A stretch of DNA of 32,000 nucleotides, from contig CP008936.1 in the NCBI GenBank assembly GCA_000743035.1, positions 1,170,001-1,202,000 on the forward strand. The letters run 5' to 3'. Source of the stretch: Candidatus Paracaedimonas acanthamoebae (lineage in GTDB: Bacteria; Pseudomonadota; Alphaproteobacteria; Caedimonadales; Caedimonadaceae). Below, piece by piece: positions 7,779-17,611 of the stretch. Under the pieces are notes generated by a model. It was given only the letters and a program-made list of their open reading frames with translations. It was not told where the DNA came from and ran no database searches. Position 1 is the first letter of the stretch; every line of letters begins with the position of its first letter. A program made the position numbers and the translations under genes.

Positions 7779-9719
7779 TTATTTCCTTGATTGCAAATTA
7801 AAAATGGCTTGATAGATCACATAATTCTCGATCACGCGTTGAATATAGTTGCGGGTCTCGCTATAAGGAATTTTCTCAACCCAATCAATGGCATCCACCT
7901 CTGGACTTCTTGGGTCACCATATCGTTCAATCCACTTCTTCACACTTCCCGGCCCTGCATTATACGCGGCTAAGGTTAAAATAACGGAACCTTGATAATC
8001 TTGAAGACGTTCTTTGAGATAAGTTGTTCCAATCAACATATTATAATGCATATCCGTCTTCAGCCGCTCCTCACTAAAGTGAATACCTAATTTCTGAGCA
8101 ATCATTCTTGCAGTTGATGGTGTCACTTGCATCATTCCACAAGCTCCTGCCTCACTTAAGGCTGTGGGGTTAAATTTACTTTCTTTACGAATTAAGGCAT
8201 GAATCATCGCTTCTTCTAAGCATTGTAAAGAGGATCCTTTTTTCTGATTAACTTGAGGATAGGCTTCTTTATAGTGTGTGTTATGAAGGATAGACATGCT
8301 ATCTGCCATGCCCACAGCAAACTGCGGTGAAAGAGTTGATGCTAAAGAAAGCATCATCAGTGCTTCGTGGGATGAAGACGTCTGGGCAAACATATAACCA
8401 AACGGCAAAAGTTCTTCAGTGAGACCTGCTTTATGCAAAAGTTTAATTGCTCTTACAAACTCATGGTTTTCAAACTGCCGAACTTCTGAAAGAGGAAAAG
8501 ATAAAGATTTTAGGTGAAAATTTTGAGGTTTTTGAAGGGCTTTTAAAGCCAGTTGCCCATAATAAGTCGCCGGATAATAAGCAGCTTTCTGGTACCATAG
8601 GTGAGCTTCTTGAGGGAGTTTTTGGGCTTGTGCTGCTCTTCCGGCCCAGTAAGCAGCTTTAGAACGAGAATACGCTGAATTTACTTTTTGATAAAGATGG
8701 TTAAAGTGATGAAAAGCTTGCCCTGGTTGCTTAAGAAATCTAAGAGAAATCCACCCTAAAAGCCATTCAGCATCAACAAATTTCTCCCCTTGATGGAGTC
8801 CATGGCGATGGATGACTTGATAGGCCTCTTGGTACCTTCCAGCTGTTATTAAATCACGCCCTAGCGTATGGCGTGTTGACCAAAAATCTTCCGGATGCTG
8901 CTCAATAAGATGCTTATGTTTTTTAAAAAATTCATAAGCATGATGATCATCATTATGCAAACGATATTTAAGTTCATCATGAATCAGTCCTACATCCAAG
9001 CGTTGTTGCTCAGAGAGACCTCGTAGAAGTTTAAGGGCATCATGCTTCCTGTCGCGTAAAGCAAGCCTCACCTTGATGAGCTGTCGAACATTTTTTGATA
9101 GATAAGGCGCTAGCCTGTTAGCTGCCTCAACCTTATTTTCACGTAACAACCTTCTCGCGCGCGCATGATGGAGCGCAGGAGAAATCGAATTCTTATAATT
9201 TGCGAGCAGGATTTTTTCTTCTTCATGCGAAAAATTCTGATGAAGCCATGCTTTTTCAATAATCACACGCGCTTCTTTAGGAAATCCTTGCTGCCTTAAG
9301 GCCTCAACGTAAGCCACGACGCCCTTTGCCATTTTGGGCGGATGCTTTTTAAACCATGCCAATGTCTTGGATGGATTTTCATCTTGCTTGGCAACTAATT
9401 CAGCTCGTTTCTTAAAGACATAAACCCAGGGCCAATTTGGATTTTTTCCAATAAAATTTGTATATTCTTCAAACGCACCCATCGAGTTGTCACTTTTTAA
9501 GCGCAAATAAGTAACTAACTTCTTAACTGTGGGGCACTGCTTACCGTTCAATATTAAGGTTGCCTGAGGCCAGTCTTCTTGTCCTGCAGCCTTCAACGCA
9601 TCCCCACAAATTTGATATTCATACTCTATGGAAGGTAACGCCATTCCTGGCATACACACAAAAAAGACCCAGAATAAAATTTTATGCATGATTAAAAGGG
9701 AGTATTTGATTCTTTTCAC
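7779..9719 (-). CDS. slt: Soluble lytic murein transglycosylase (Slt70-like)
   Basis: 646-aa ORF with a hydrophobic N-terminus. It has a long helical-repeat N-domain and a C-terminal lysozyme-like domain with the motifs IRKESKFNP, GACGMMQV and AYNAGPGSVKKW. The start could instead be the internal Met 10 codons downstream. Confidence 0.85.
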   Translation of the reverse strand: MKRIKYSLLIMHKILFWVFFVCMPGMALPSIEYEYQICGDALKAAGQEDWPQATLILNGKQCPTVKKLVTYLRLKSDNSMGAFEEYTNFIGKNPNWPWVYVFKKRAELVAKQDENPSKTLAWFKKHPPKMAKGVVAYVEALRQQGFPKEARVIIEKAWLHQNFSHEEEKILLANYKNSISPALHHARARRLLRENKVEAANRLAPYLSKNVRQLIKVRLALRDRKHDALKLLRGLSEQQRLDVGLIHDELKYRLHNDDHHAYEFFKKHKHLIEQHPEDFWSTRHTLGRDLITAGRYQEAYQVIHRHGLHQGEKFVDAEWLLGWISLRFLKQPGQAFHHFNHLYQKVNSAYSRSKAAYWAGRAAQAQKLPQEAHLWYQKAAYYPATYYGQLALKALQKPQNFHLKSLSFPLSEVRQFENHEFVRAIKLLHKAGLTEELLPFGYMFAQTSSSHEALMMLSLASTLSPQFAVGMADSMSILHNTHYKEAYPQVNQKKGSSLQCLEEAMIHALIRKESKFNPTALSEAGACGMMQVTPSTARMIAQKLGIHFSEERLKTDMHYNMLIGTTYLKERLQDYQGSVILTLAAYNAGPGSVKKWIERYGDPRSPEVDAIDWVEKIPYSETRNYIQRVIENYVIYQAIFNLQSRK

Positions 9720-9793
9720 CTGCTTGCCCCTTTGACTTTACCAACACCCCACGGTATTGTCTTGACATTATAGCTAAAATTTAAAGGATTGCT

Positions 9794-10702
9794 ATGTTTA
9801 AAGGTTCTCTCGTTGCTTTGATTACACCTTTTAAAGAAAATCAAATAGATTTTGATGCTTTAACTCGTCTCGTAGAATGGCATAAGCAAGAAGGAACGCA
9901 TGGGATTGTTGCGTGTGGGACAACAGGGGAATTCTCAAGCCTCACTCTCCAAGAACAACGCCAAATCTTAAGCACCTGTATCGATGCTGCTCAAGGAAGA
10001 TTTCCTATCATTGCCGGGATTAATGCTTTTGATGTGAAAAACGCTGTAGATCTGATCTCTCAAGCGCAAGAAGTTGGTGCACAAGGCGTCATGGTGGTCA
10101 ATCCACCCTACATAAAACCAACACAAGAAGGGCTGTACGAGTTTTTTAAGGCAATTCACGATCAAACCCACCTTCCCATCATTATCTATAATAATCCTGG
10201 GCGCACAGGCACCCTTATTACTCCACAAACGCTTGCTCGTCTTTCTAAGTGCACACGGTTTGTGGCGGTGAAAGATTCAAGCGGCAATTTGCTTGCTCCT
10301 CTAGAGCTTAAGCGGCTTGCTGAAGAAGATTTTACTCAACTTTGTGGAGAAGATCCTATGACCGTTGCTTTTTTAGCTCATGGTGGTCAAGGATGCATCT
10401 CAGTAACAGCAAATGTTGCTCCTCGGCTTTGCGCTGATCTTTACTTAGCCTGGAGAGAAAATGATCTTGAGCGCGTCAGTTTCATTAGAGATTGCCTAGC
10501 ACCTTTAAATAAAGCGCTCTTCATTGAAGGAAATCCTGTCCCTATTAAATATGCTGCTTCGCTTTTAGGGCTATGCCACAATGAAGTTCGAGCGCCGCTT
10601 CTCTCTGCAAGTGAACATGCTCGTATTGTAGTGAGAACAGCCTTAGAATATGCTGGCCTCATTCCTAAAGAAGCGACCACAAGGAAAGAATCTCATGGCT
10701 AA
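9794..10702 (+). CDS. dapA: 4-hydroxy-tetrahydrodipicolinate synthase
   Basis: 302-aa ORF. Motifs: [34 protein letters not shown] and VAVKDSSGN (Schiff-base Lys context). Confidence 0.9.
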   Translation: MFKGSLVALITPFKENQIDFDALTRLVEWHKQEGTHGIVACGTTGEFSSLTLQEQRQILSTCIDAAQGRFPIIAGINAFDVKNAVDLISQAQEVGAQGVMVVNPPYIKPTQEGLYEFFKAIHDQTHLPIIIYNNPGRTGTLITPQTLARLSKCTRFVAVKDSSGNLLAPLELKRLAEEDFTQLCGEDPMTVAFLAHGGQGCISVTANVAPRLCADLYLAWRENDLERVSFIRDCLAPLNKALFIEGNPVPIKYAASLLGLCHNEVRAPLLSASEHARIVVRTALEYAGLIPKEATTRKESHG

Positions 10703-11162
10703 AAGTTCAAGTTATAAAGTCATTGCTGAAAACCGTCGTGCACGCCACGATTATGAGATTCTTGAAACCATTGAAGCAGGTATTGTTCTAACAGGCTCTG
10801 AGGTAAAATCGTTGCGGGTTGGAAAAGCCAGCATTGCAGAATCTCACGCTTCAGAAAAAGCTGGAACCATTCTTCTCTTTAATGCAACGATTCAAGAGTA
10901 TGCAGCAGCCGCTATTTTTGGACATGAACCCAAACGACCACGAAAACTTCTTTTAAAACAACGCGAGATTAATAAACTTATTGGCTCGATAACGCGCAAA
11001 GGAATGACGCTTGTTCCTTTAACTATTTATTTTAATGAACGAGGTCGTGTAAAAGTTTCTTTAGGTCTTGCAAAGGGAAAAACAATAGCAGACAAGCGAC
11101 ACAGCGAGCAGGAACGGGATTGGAAAAGAGATAAACAGCGACTTTTAAAAGAACGTTCTTAA
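10695..11162 (+). CDS. smpB: SsrA-binding protein SmpB
   Basis: Motifs: [32 protein letters not shown] and [16 protein letters not shown] lies 6 nt upstream of the ATG at 10695. The gene overlaps the dapA stop by 8 nt. Confidence 0.9.
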   Translation: MAKSSSYKVIAENRRARHDYEILETIEAGIVLTGSEVKSLRVGKASIAESHASEKAGTILLFNATIQEYAAAAIFGHEPKRPRKLLLKQREINKLIGSITRKGMTLVPLTIYFNERGRVKVSLGLAKGKTIADKRHSEQERDWKRDKQRLLKERS

Positions 11163-11227
11163 AAATTCATCACTCAAGAGTTGCATTCAAGAAAATTTCT
11201 GCGTATGTTATGGCCAACGCCAGTATT

Positions 11228-11302
11228 TGGGGAGTCGCCAAGTGGTAAGGCATCGGTTTTTGGTACCGACATTCGAGGGTTCGAATCCTTCCTCCCCAGC
11301 CA
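11228..11302 (+). tRNA. tRNA-Gln (anticodon UUG), 75 nt with encoded CCA
   Basis: The cloverleaf folds by hand. Acceptor TGGGGAG/CTCCCCA. D-arm GCC-AAGTGGTAA-GGC. Anticodon stem TCGGT/ACCGA with loop TTTTGGT. T-arm GAGGG-TTCGAAT-CCTTC. Close to the E. coli tRNA-Gln pattern (TGGGG..TCGCCAAG.GGTAAGGCA). Confidence 0.9.
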
Positions 11303-11473
11303 TTTCTTTTGATAATATCTTTTTTAATATTTGCTCTTTTTTTTTCTAATAACTGCTCTTAATGTATTGTCGCCTCTTCGCTTATAAGTAGAAATTTCTC
11401 ACTTTATTCAGCTGTTAAGCATGTCTGTCATTCGTTAGGCTGAAATCGTTAACATCTTAGAAAGGATTTAAAG

Positions 11474-11680
11474 ATGAATTATACAACTGATAAGCTTGCA
11501 GGAAAGTGGAACCAAATTGTTGGTTCTGTGAAAGAAACCTGGGGCGAGCTTACTGATCAAGATCTTGACAAAGTCAAAGGAAAAAAAGATCAACTTGTCG
11601 GCCTTATCCAAGAAAAATATGGTGCTGCTAAAGAAGAAATCGAGCACAAAATTAATCAATGGCTTGATAAAGCTGATTAA
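11474..11680 (+). CDS. CsbD-family stress-response protein (68 aa)
   Basis: The typical CsbD pattern is present: KLAGKWNQIVGSVKETWGELTDQDLDKVKGKKDQLVGLIQEKYG. Confidence 0.8.
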   Translation: MNYTTDKLAGKWNQIVGSVKETWGELTDQDLDKVKGKKDQLVGLIQEKYGAAKEEIEHKINQWLDKAD

Positions 11681-11718
11681 AACCAATTCATTTATTTTCA
11701 ACTTAAGGAGGTATACAG

Positions 11719-12312
11719 ATGTCTAAACTTAATTTTAAGCTTATTTCAGCAACAGTTCTAGGATTCACATTCTTAATCATAACGCCCACTATCGCTAAGC
11801 AAAAAACAGAGCGGGAAATCGCTGAAAAAAATGAATCCGTGAGTGAGTACCTCGATGATGCCGCTCTCACTGCTAAGGTGAAAGCTGCTTTAGTCGCCGA
11901 ACGTCATCTGAGTGCAGGAGATATTCATGTCATTACCACGCAAAATGTCGCTGAGTTAAAAGGAATCGTAAATAATATAAGTGAAAAGCAGCGTGCTGAA
12001 GATGTCGCGTCTAAGGTGAGAGGGATTACAAGAGTCATTAATAACCTTGAAATTCGCGCACCTAGAGAAGCTGCAGAAAGAGATGAAACCTTAGGCGAGT
12101 ATGTTGATGATGCGGCGGTGACAACAAAGGTTAAGGCGAAACTTAAAGCAGAGCCTAATTTCGATGCCAGTGACATTAAGGTTACAACTGTTAAAAATAG
12201 TGTTAAATTAACAGGAACTGTCCGTAGTTTAGCTGAAAAAGAGAAAGCGCAAGAACTTGCCTTAAATGTAACTGGAGCAAGAAAAGTTATTAACAATCTT
12301 ACAATCAGGTAG
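11719..12312 (+). CDS. BON-domain (OsmY-like) periplasmic protein with two BON repeats
   Basis: AAGGAGG at 11705-11711. Signal peptide MSKLNFKLISATVLGFTFLIITPTIA. Internal duplication: SEYLDDAALTAKVKAAL...VAELKGIV...RGITRVINNLEI and GEYVDDAAVTTKVKAKL...SVKLTGTV...TGARKVINNLTI. Confidence 0.8.
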   Translation: MSKLNFKLISATVLGFTFLIITPTIAKQKTEREIAEKNESVSEYLDDAALTAKVKAALVAERHLSAGDIHVITTQNVAELKGIVNNISEKQRAEDVASKVRGITRVINNLEIRAPREAAERDETLGEYVDDAAVTTKVKAKLKAEPNFDASDIKVTTVKNSVKLTGTVRSLAEKEKAQELALNVTGARKVINNLTIR

Positions 12313-12356
12313 AATGAGAGGATTTTCCTCTAAAGCTTTTTCCTGCTTGAAGTCGA

Positions 12357-12394
12357 GAAGGCATCCTTTAATGGATGCCTCTCTCTCTTTTTTA
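12357..12394 (+). terminator. Probable terminator of the csbD-BON unit
   Basis: The stem aggcatcc/ggatgcct (12359-12366 / 12373-12380) is followed by ctctctc and then T6 (12388-12393). Confidence 0.45.
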
Positions 12395-12511
12395 TACATG
12401 AGGCTTTAGAGCTTTTTTATTTTAGATAATCTGAAGGTTTCTTTATTCTCGCCGACTTAACCCTGTTAGTTCACTTTTTTCATTATTTTACATAGAGCTT
12501 ACTCTTACTTT

Positions 12512-12543
12512 CCCAGTGCCTCATCACACGTGTGATGAGCTGG
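12512..12543. other. 32-bp near-perfect palindrome with a CACGTG core
   Basis: cccagtgcctcatcacacgtgtgatgagctggg. The inner 20 bp, ctcatcacacgtgtgatgag, is a perfect palindrome. On the plus strand it is followed by agtttttaccttttttt. It lies 65 bp beyond the stop of the minus-strand 12608-13132 gene. Confidence 0.6.
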
Positions 12544-12607
12544 GAGTTTTTACCTTTTTTTCATAAAACAAAAAAAGCTACCTGCCTTGGAGCAAAGAAA
12601 GGTTACT

Positions 12608-13132
12608 TCATTCTGATAAATTTGGTTTCTCTTTATAAAAAGCAATAACAAGGCTATACCCTTCAAGGCGAGATCCTTTTTTATCTTCAGGCTTATCCTT
12701 TTTATGAAAATGATAAGTGACAATAAAAGGCTTATACTTTTCGCCCATCGTTCCTTGCGGACGAGTCTCTTCTACAACACGCTTTACATAAATAAGTTCA
12801 TTCTTATCTGCGTTAATAAGGTTCATTAAACGTATGGTATCCGGCATTTTATGCGCTGCCCACAAACCTAATTCAATTTCTTTTGGTTCAGCAACTAGAT
12901 CAGGTATCGATCCACTTTCTGGATTAGGAAGAACTTTCCTACACTTAGCATTTAATATCTCCAATAATTTTTCTCGCCCAATAGTTTTTGGGCAAACAAA
13001 TACATTTTCTTTGTTAGGCTTGCCTTTTTCTAAATATTCTTCAAATACATTCGTCGAGGCCATTCCTACAGAGGGATAAACCAATATCAATCCAGCACTT
13101 AATAACATACTTGAAAATGAGCGATTCTGCAT
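12608..13132 (-). CDS. Exported hypothetical protein (174 aa), possibly a distant member of the 2173-5871 family
   Basis: ATG start with AGGGGA upstream. Signal peptide MQNRSFSSMLLSAGLILVYPSVGMA. C-terminus ..FIVTYHFHKKDK..RLEGYSLVIAFYKEKPNLSE resembles FTIAFAIKK and LSLTFYHKK. Confidence 0.7.
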   Translation of the reverse strand: MQNRSFSSMLLSAGLILVYPSVGMASTNVFEEYLEKGKPNKENVFVCPKTIGREKLLEILNAKCRKVLPNPESGSIPDLVAEPKEIELGLWAAHKMPDTIRLMNLINADKNELIYVKRVVEETRPQGTMGEKYKPFIVTYHFHKKDKPEDKKGSRLEGYSLVIAFYKEKPNLSE

Positions 13133-13252
13133 CTTTGTTCCCCTAGAGATAAGATTAATAAAAGAGATTCAAACATATTCTTTCCATATTGGATATAAAA
13201 TTTCAATAAGAAATTCTCTCATTAAAGCTTATGATGAGGTTAGAAGAAAAAC

Positions 13253-15361
13253 TTAAATCCGTTCCTCAACCTGATTAAAATCAGCGACTTTCTCAAGCGT
13301 TTGACGCATCATGGCTAGCGTATTAAGACGGTTGGCTCTTAAGCCTGAATCTTCAACGTTAACTGTCACTGTTTCAAAATAACGATCAATGATGGGGCGT
13401 AAAGCCGATAATTCATTCATCACGCTTATGAAATCATGATTTTGAAGGCTTGCCTCTAATAAGGGACGACGACTTTCAAGAGCCCGATAAAGTGCTTTCT
13501 CAGCCTCAGCCACTAAGGCGCTTTCTTGTACAGGTCCTGAATAATTCTTACCATCTTTGCGTTCTTCAATTTGCACAATATTCACAGTACGCCGATAACC
13601 GGTGAGCAGATTAAAGCCTTCAGGGGAGCCAATAAAGTCTTCCAAAGCCTTTACACGCGCTTTTAAAACATAAAGCGAATCATGATTCCCCACGGCAAAG
13701 GCTGCACTGATCGTATCATGGCGAATCCCTTGCTCTCGCCAATATACTTTAAGGCGATCAAGGATAAAGGCTTTAAGTTGTTCTAAAACTTCTGCTTGTG
13801 AAGGAATTTCTTTTTGATGGAGGAGTTGAGGGTGATAAAGCGTATATGCCTTTTCAAAAAGAGACGACAATTTAAGGTCACCCCCTTGCTCTAAGATACG
13901 AATAATGGCAAGCGCGATCCGTCGTAAAGCAAAAGGATCCTTTGAACCTGTAGGACGAATGCCAACGGCAAAGAAACCAACAAGCGTATCAATGCGATCT
14001 GCAAGCGCTAGAGTGCGCCCCAAAGCTGAATCAGGAAGAGAATCTCCCGCCCCTTTAGGGAGATAGTGCGCGGCGATTGCCTGCGCAGCAACCTCAGGGT
14101 ATCCCTCAAGTTGAGCATAATAGCTTCCCATAATCCCTTGCAATTCAGGGAACTCACCGACCATTCCCGTCACCAAATCGGCCTTCATCAGCCCGGCAAC
14201 ATCAGCACTCAACTGAGGCTCTGCGCCTAAATAAGATGCTATTTCCTGGGCTAAGATTTGCACGCGCGCAACCTTCTCATTCATCAGTCCAAGGCGATCA
14301 TGAAAAACAATATGCTCCAATTTTTTTGCATGTTCTTTGAGCGAAACCTTTTGATCTTGCAGATAAAAGAATTTTGCATCTGCAAGTCGGGCACGCAACA
14401 CACGTTCATTGCCCCGCACAAGAGTCTTTCCACCGTCTTTAGCCATAATATTTGAGATAAGAATGAAATAAGGTACAAGCTGACCTTTGTCATCTATCAG
14501 CGCAAAATAACGTTGATGAACACGCATACTCGTGATCAATATTTCTTTTGGAAGTATCATAAACTCTGGATCAATCTGTCCTAAATGCGCCTGCGGCCAT
14601 TCAACAAGGCCTGTGACTTCTTCTAAAAGACCTGGATCTGGATAAACGGCAAGATTTTTGGCTTCAGCAAGTTTTGTGATTTGCTGTTCGATCAAAGCCC
14701 GCCTCTCATTAGCGGATAAAATCACATAGTTTTTCTTCAATTGAGCTTGATAATCAGCAAAATCTTTGACTGAAAAAGCAGGCCCTCCCATAAAACGATG
14801 CCCCTGTGTTTGATTGCCGAAGTTTATCATCGGCCCCTCACCCGCGCCATTAAAATGAAAAGAAAATGGCAAAATCTCGCCATTAAAAAGACAAATGCCA
14901 GAATGTGCAGGCCTTACCCATGTCTTATTTCCAACAGCCCAGCGTTGCGATTTTGGCCATGGGAATGTCGCTATAATATCATTGAAGATTTCAGGGAGAA
15001 TGTCCTTTGCTGGGCGGCCTTTCCGCTGAATGTTTGCAAACAAAAAGATTCCTTTTGGCGTTTCGCGTTGACTACACTGCTCAAGCGTTAGCCCTGTGGA
15101 AGCTAAAAATCCCTCAATGGCTGCTTGAGGCGCATCAGCACGCGGCCCACGTCGTTCTTCAGTCACATCGCGTTGTTGCGTCTCAAGACCTATTGCATGA
15201 AGCGCAAGGCGTCGTGGAGTAACATAAGTTGCAACGGACTGCACCTGAAGCTTTTGTTCTGCTAGACGCTCTGTAAACATTGACTTTAAATCATCAGCGG
15301 CGCGCCTTTGCATACGCGCAGGGATTTCTTCACACAAAATTTCAAAAAGAAGTTCACTCAT
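13253..15361 (-). CDS. glyS: Glycine--tRNA ligase beta subunit
   Basis: 702-aa ORF. N-terminus [18 protein letters not shown]. Motifs: HVTPRRLA-like (YVTPRRLA), VHQRYF and DPFALRR. The start overlaps the glyQ stop (ATGA). Confidence 0.9.
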   Translation of the reverse strand: MSELLFEILCEEIPARMQRRAADDLKSMFTERLAEQKLQVQSVATYVTPRRLALHAIGLETQQRDVTEERRGPRADAPQAAIEGFLASTGLTLEQCSQRETPKGIFLFANIQRKGRPAKDILPEIFNDIIATFPWPKSQRWAVGNKTWVRPAHSGICLFNGEILPFSFHFNGAGEGPMINFGNQTQGHRFMGGPAFSVKDFADYQAQLKKNYVILSANERRALIEQQITKLAEAKNLAVYPDPGLLEEVTGLVEWPQAHLGQIDPEFMILPKEILITSMRVHQRYFALIDDKGQLVPYFILISNIMAKDGGKTLVRGNERVLRARLADAKFFYLQDQKVSLKEHAKKLEHIVFHDRLGLMNEKVARVQILAQEIASYLGAEPQLSADVAGLMKADLVTGMVGEFPELQGIMGSYYAQLEGYPEVAAQAIAAHYLPKGAGDSLPDSALGRTLALADRIDTLVGFFAVGIRPTGSKDPFALRRIALAIIRILEQGGDLKLSSLFEKAYTLYHPQLLHQKEIPSQAEVLEQLKAFILDRLKVYWREQGIRHDTISAAFAVGNHDSLYVLKARVKALEDFIGSPEGFNLLTGYRRTVNIVQIEERKDGKNYSGPVQESALVAEAEKALYRALESRRPLLEASLQNHDFISVMNELSALRPIIDRYFETVTVNVEDSGLRANRLNTLAMMRQTLEKVADFNQVEERI

Positions 15362-16254
15362 GCTGTGGCTCCTTCATAAGAAGGAAGATTTTTTACATAA
15401 ACCTCACAACACCCTTTCGCCAATGCCCGAACACGCCCGATATAGCTTGCACGCTCAAGCACACTAATGACACCACGCGCGTTTAAAAGATTAAAGAGGT
15501 GACTTGCTTTAATACAGTATTCATAAGCAGGTAAGGCAAGATTTTTCTCAAGAAGGTTGCTACACTCTTCCTCGGCATCCTTAAAATGTTGAAAAAGGAT
15601 ATCTGTGTTAGCATGTTCAAAATTATAGGCTGAGATTTCTTTTTCATTGCGCAAAAAGACATCGCCATACGTCATCTTGAGAGGACCTTCTGCCCCATTC
15701 CAATCCAGATCATAGACATTATCAATCTCTTGAACAGCTTGCATTGCAAGACGCTCTAATCCATAAGTAATCTCTGTTGAGACAGGATTGCACTCAATGC
15801 CACCAATTTGTTGAAAATAGGTAAATTGTGTAATTTCCATACCATCACACCATACTTCCCATCCAAGCCCCCAAGCCCCCAATGTAGGACTCTCCCAATC
15901 ATCTTCAACAAAACGAATATCGTGCTGTAAGGGATCAATACCTAACACCTTAAGGCTTTCAAGGTAAAGTTCCTGAGAATTTAAGGGAGATGGCTTTAAA
16001 ATGACCTGGAACTGGTGATGTTGTTGAAGGCGGTTAGGATTCTCACCATACCGCCCATCTGTGGGGCGCCGTGAAGGCTGAACAAAAGCTGCTCGCCAAG
16101 GATGTGGCCCTAAAGGTCTTAAAGTCGTTGCGGAATGAAATGTCCCTGCACCCATTTCCACATCATATGGCTGTAAAATGACACAGCCCTGTTTCGACCA
16201 GAAGTCTTGCAATTTGAGAATAATATTTTGGAAACAAGTTTCTCGGGTACTCAT
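15358..16254 (-). CDS. glyQ: Glycine--tRNA ligase alpha subunit
   Basis: 298-aa ORF. Motifs: [52 protein letters not shown] and [10 protein letters not shown]. Confidence 0.92.
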   Translation of the reverse strand: MSTRETCFQNIILKLQDFWSKQGCVILQPYDVEMGAGTFHSATTLRPLGPHPWRAAFVQPSRRPTDGRYGENPNRLQQHHQFQVILKPSPLNSQELYLESLKVLGIDPLQHDIRFVEDDWESPTLGAWGLGWEVWCDGMEITQFTYFQQIGGIECNPVSTEITYGLERLAMQAVQEIDNVYDLDWNGAEGPLKMTYGDVFLRNEKEISAYNFEHANTDILFQHFKDAEEECSNLLEKNLALPAYEYCIKASHLFNLLNARGVISVLERASYIGRVRALAKGCCEVYVKNLPSYEGATA

Positions 16255-16286
16255 AAACTTACTCTTGATTATTAAATGGTTGCCTA

Positions 16287-16315
16287 AGCCTAATCAGTCC
16301 GCCCACCAGGGTCAA
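16287..16315 (-). promoter_or_regulatory. Candidate sigma70-type promoter for glyQS
   Basis: The minus strand reads TTGACC (16315-16310), a 17-nt spacer, then TAGGCT (16292-16287). It lies about 30 nt upstream of the glyQ ATG. Confidence 0.3.
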
Positions 16316-16437
16316 GGGCTGATCTATCACATTAGAGAAAAAAGAAGAGTTTTATAAAAATTGGGACTTAGAGTGACTATTTAAGAATTATTGTAGGTTA
16401 AGATAAATTAGTTTATTTTCTTGTAAAATAAAAGTAT

Positions 16438-16702
16438 TTAGCCTTTGTCCTTGAGATATGTAATGATATCATGCTCTTGATCTATGTGCACAACGTGACG
16501 TGGTTTTGGCGGAGTGGCACTTTCCATCAATCTTTTTATATCTAGTTCAGAAAGACTAGAATTATTAGAATTATTTTCTTTTGCTTTTCTAGCAGTAGAA
16601 TTTTTACTTTTTACATCAGCCGGTGATTTTTTTTACATCACTACATTGACCATGAGAATAAATTAATAACATTACAGCAGACAAAGTAAGTAGGAATTTC
16701 AT
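16438..16702 (-). pseudogene. Small secreted-protein ORF interrupted at an A8 homopolymer
   Basis: The minus strand reads MKFLLTLSAVMLLIYSHGQCSDVKKITG*. After the A8 tract (plus-strand T8 at 16627-16634), a shifted frame continues KKSPADVKSKNSTARKAKENNSNNSSLSELDIKRLMESATPPKPRHVVHIDQEHDIITYLKDKG*. The ATG lies 2 nt after the stop of the restored protease frame. Confidence 0.45.
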
Positions 16703-16704
16703 GA

Positions 16705-17611
16705 TCATAGCCTTTTAGTAAAATCACTTAGATCAGAGTTTATACTGGAAAGTCTAACATAAATATTCTTTAAACTAGACTTTAAAATTTCGCCACTATA
16801 TTCTGTAGTTCCGCCCTTCACCTCTCCAGCGCTTGTGTGAATGCCTATCATCCTTACCTTGATAAACAATAGATACACCACTTGAACCGCCTAAAGTAGG
16901 AATAGTATGATTTTGATTTCCTGGAGTTATGAATCCCTGGTTAATTCTCTGACCCTCTACTCCATAAGGATAGTGAAAAATGGTTACTTTTCTTTTTATG
17001 GTAATTTCTTGGTGGTCTCTAGGCATACTATAACTAGCCAATTTTGTTTTCTCAATAACAGGAGTTGTTAGTTCACACTCTATGTAAGCCAGATCTTCTG
17101 TATTATGAATAAATACTCGCTTAGCAGTATATAAAGCTAAATGTGTTATAAGAGAGTTACCAGGCATGGTTAATACCGAATCCATTGTAAAAGTTATAGT
17201 ACCTTTTTCTTGTACGACATGTGCTGCAGTTAGGACTTTAATGGTGTCAGTATTGTTTTCAATAATAGTGCCCGTACCTGCATTAATAACGGTTTTTCCC
17301 CCTAAAGGATCAAAAAATTCATTTTCAATAAAACCAACCGAACCTTGAAAATTGTTCTCAATCAACGAAGTTGAAGGAAAAATTTCCTTAAATTGATCGT
17401 CATTAACCTTATATCGTCCATGTCCTACTTTCTCCATGGAGACTTTATTTTTGCCAAGAAAAGCTTCAAGCTTTTTTAAATCTTTATCGTCTTCATTAAA
17501 ATCAGAGACAGATGCATATAGTTGTGGCGTGAAACTAAGTATGGAAACGACACTTAAAATCAATTTAGGAAGTTTCTTGCTGTCGAAGAAAAACTTTAGC
17601 CAATGACTCAC
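16705..17611 (-). pseudogene. Trypsin-like (S1 family) serine protease, apparently frameshifted near its 3' end
   Basis: Triad in chymotrypsin-fold order: LTAAHVV (His), TEDLAYIE (Asp) and TLGGSSGVSIV (Ser). Frame 1 ends at 16796 with the atypical tail KDDRHSHKRWRGEGRNYRI. A shifted frame from about 16855 reads MIGIHTSAGEVKGGTTEYSGEILKSS...DFTKRL* (stop at 16705-16707), which restores the expected xIGIH motif after the catalytic Ser. The likely start is GTG at 17611, preceded by GGAGGAG, giving the signal peptide VSHWLKFFFDSKKLPKLILSVVSILSFTPQLYA. The ORF is open upstream to 17854, but that part is repeat DNA. Confidence 0.6.

Noticed and set aside
6008-10694. Longest-ORF start codons at 6008, 7676 and 10650
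   Set aside because: In each case a downstream ATG (6020, 7640, 10695) has a properly spaced Shine-Dalgarno motif. That start gives a clean signal peptide or, for smpB, the canonical N-terminus.
11303-11473. Alphaproteobacterial general-stress (EcfG-type, GGAAC-N16-17-CGTT) promoter upstream of csbD
   Set aside because: Two CGTT motifs are present, but neither has GGAAC at the required distance upstream. The call is therefore unsupported.
11163-11473. tmRNA (ssrA) adjacent to smpB
   Set aside because: Only a standard 75-nt tRNA-Gln is present. I saw no second acceptor/T-arm pair and no tag-peptide reading frame.
11468-12296. Antisense ORFs 11468-11701(-) and 11925-12296(-)
   Set aside because: They are mirror frames of the csbD and BON genes, which have recognisable family motifs and ribosome-binding sites.
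16255-16437. T-box or other riboswitch leader upstream of glyQS
   Set aside because: The leader between the candidate promoter and the ATG is only about 30 nt. No specifier or antiterminator architecture is visible, and T-box control of glyQS is a Firmicutes feature.
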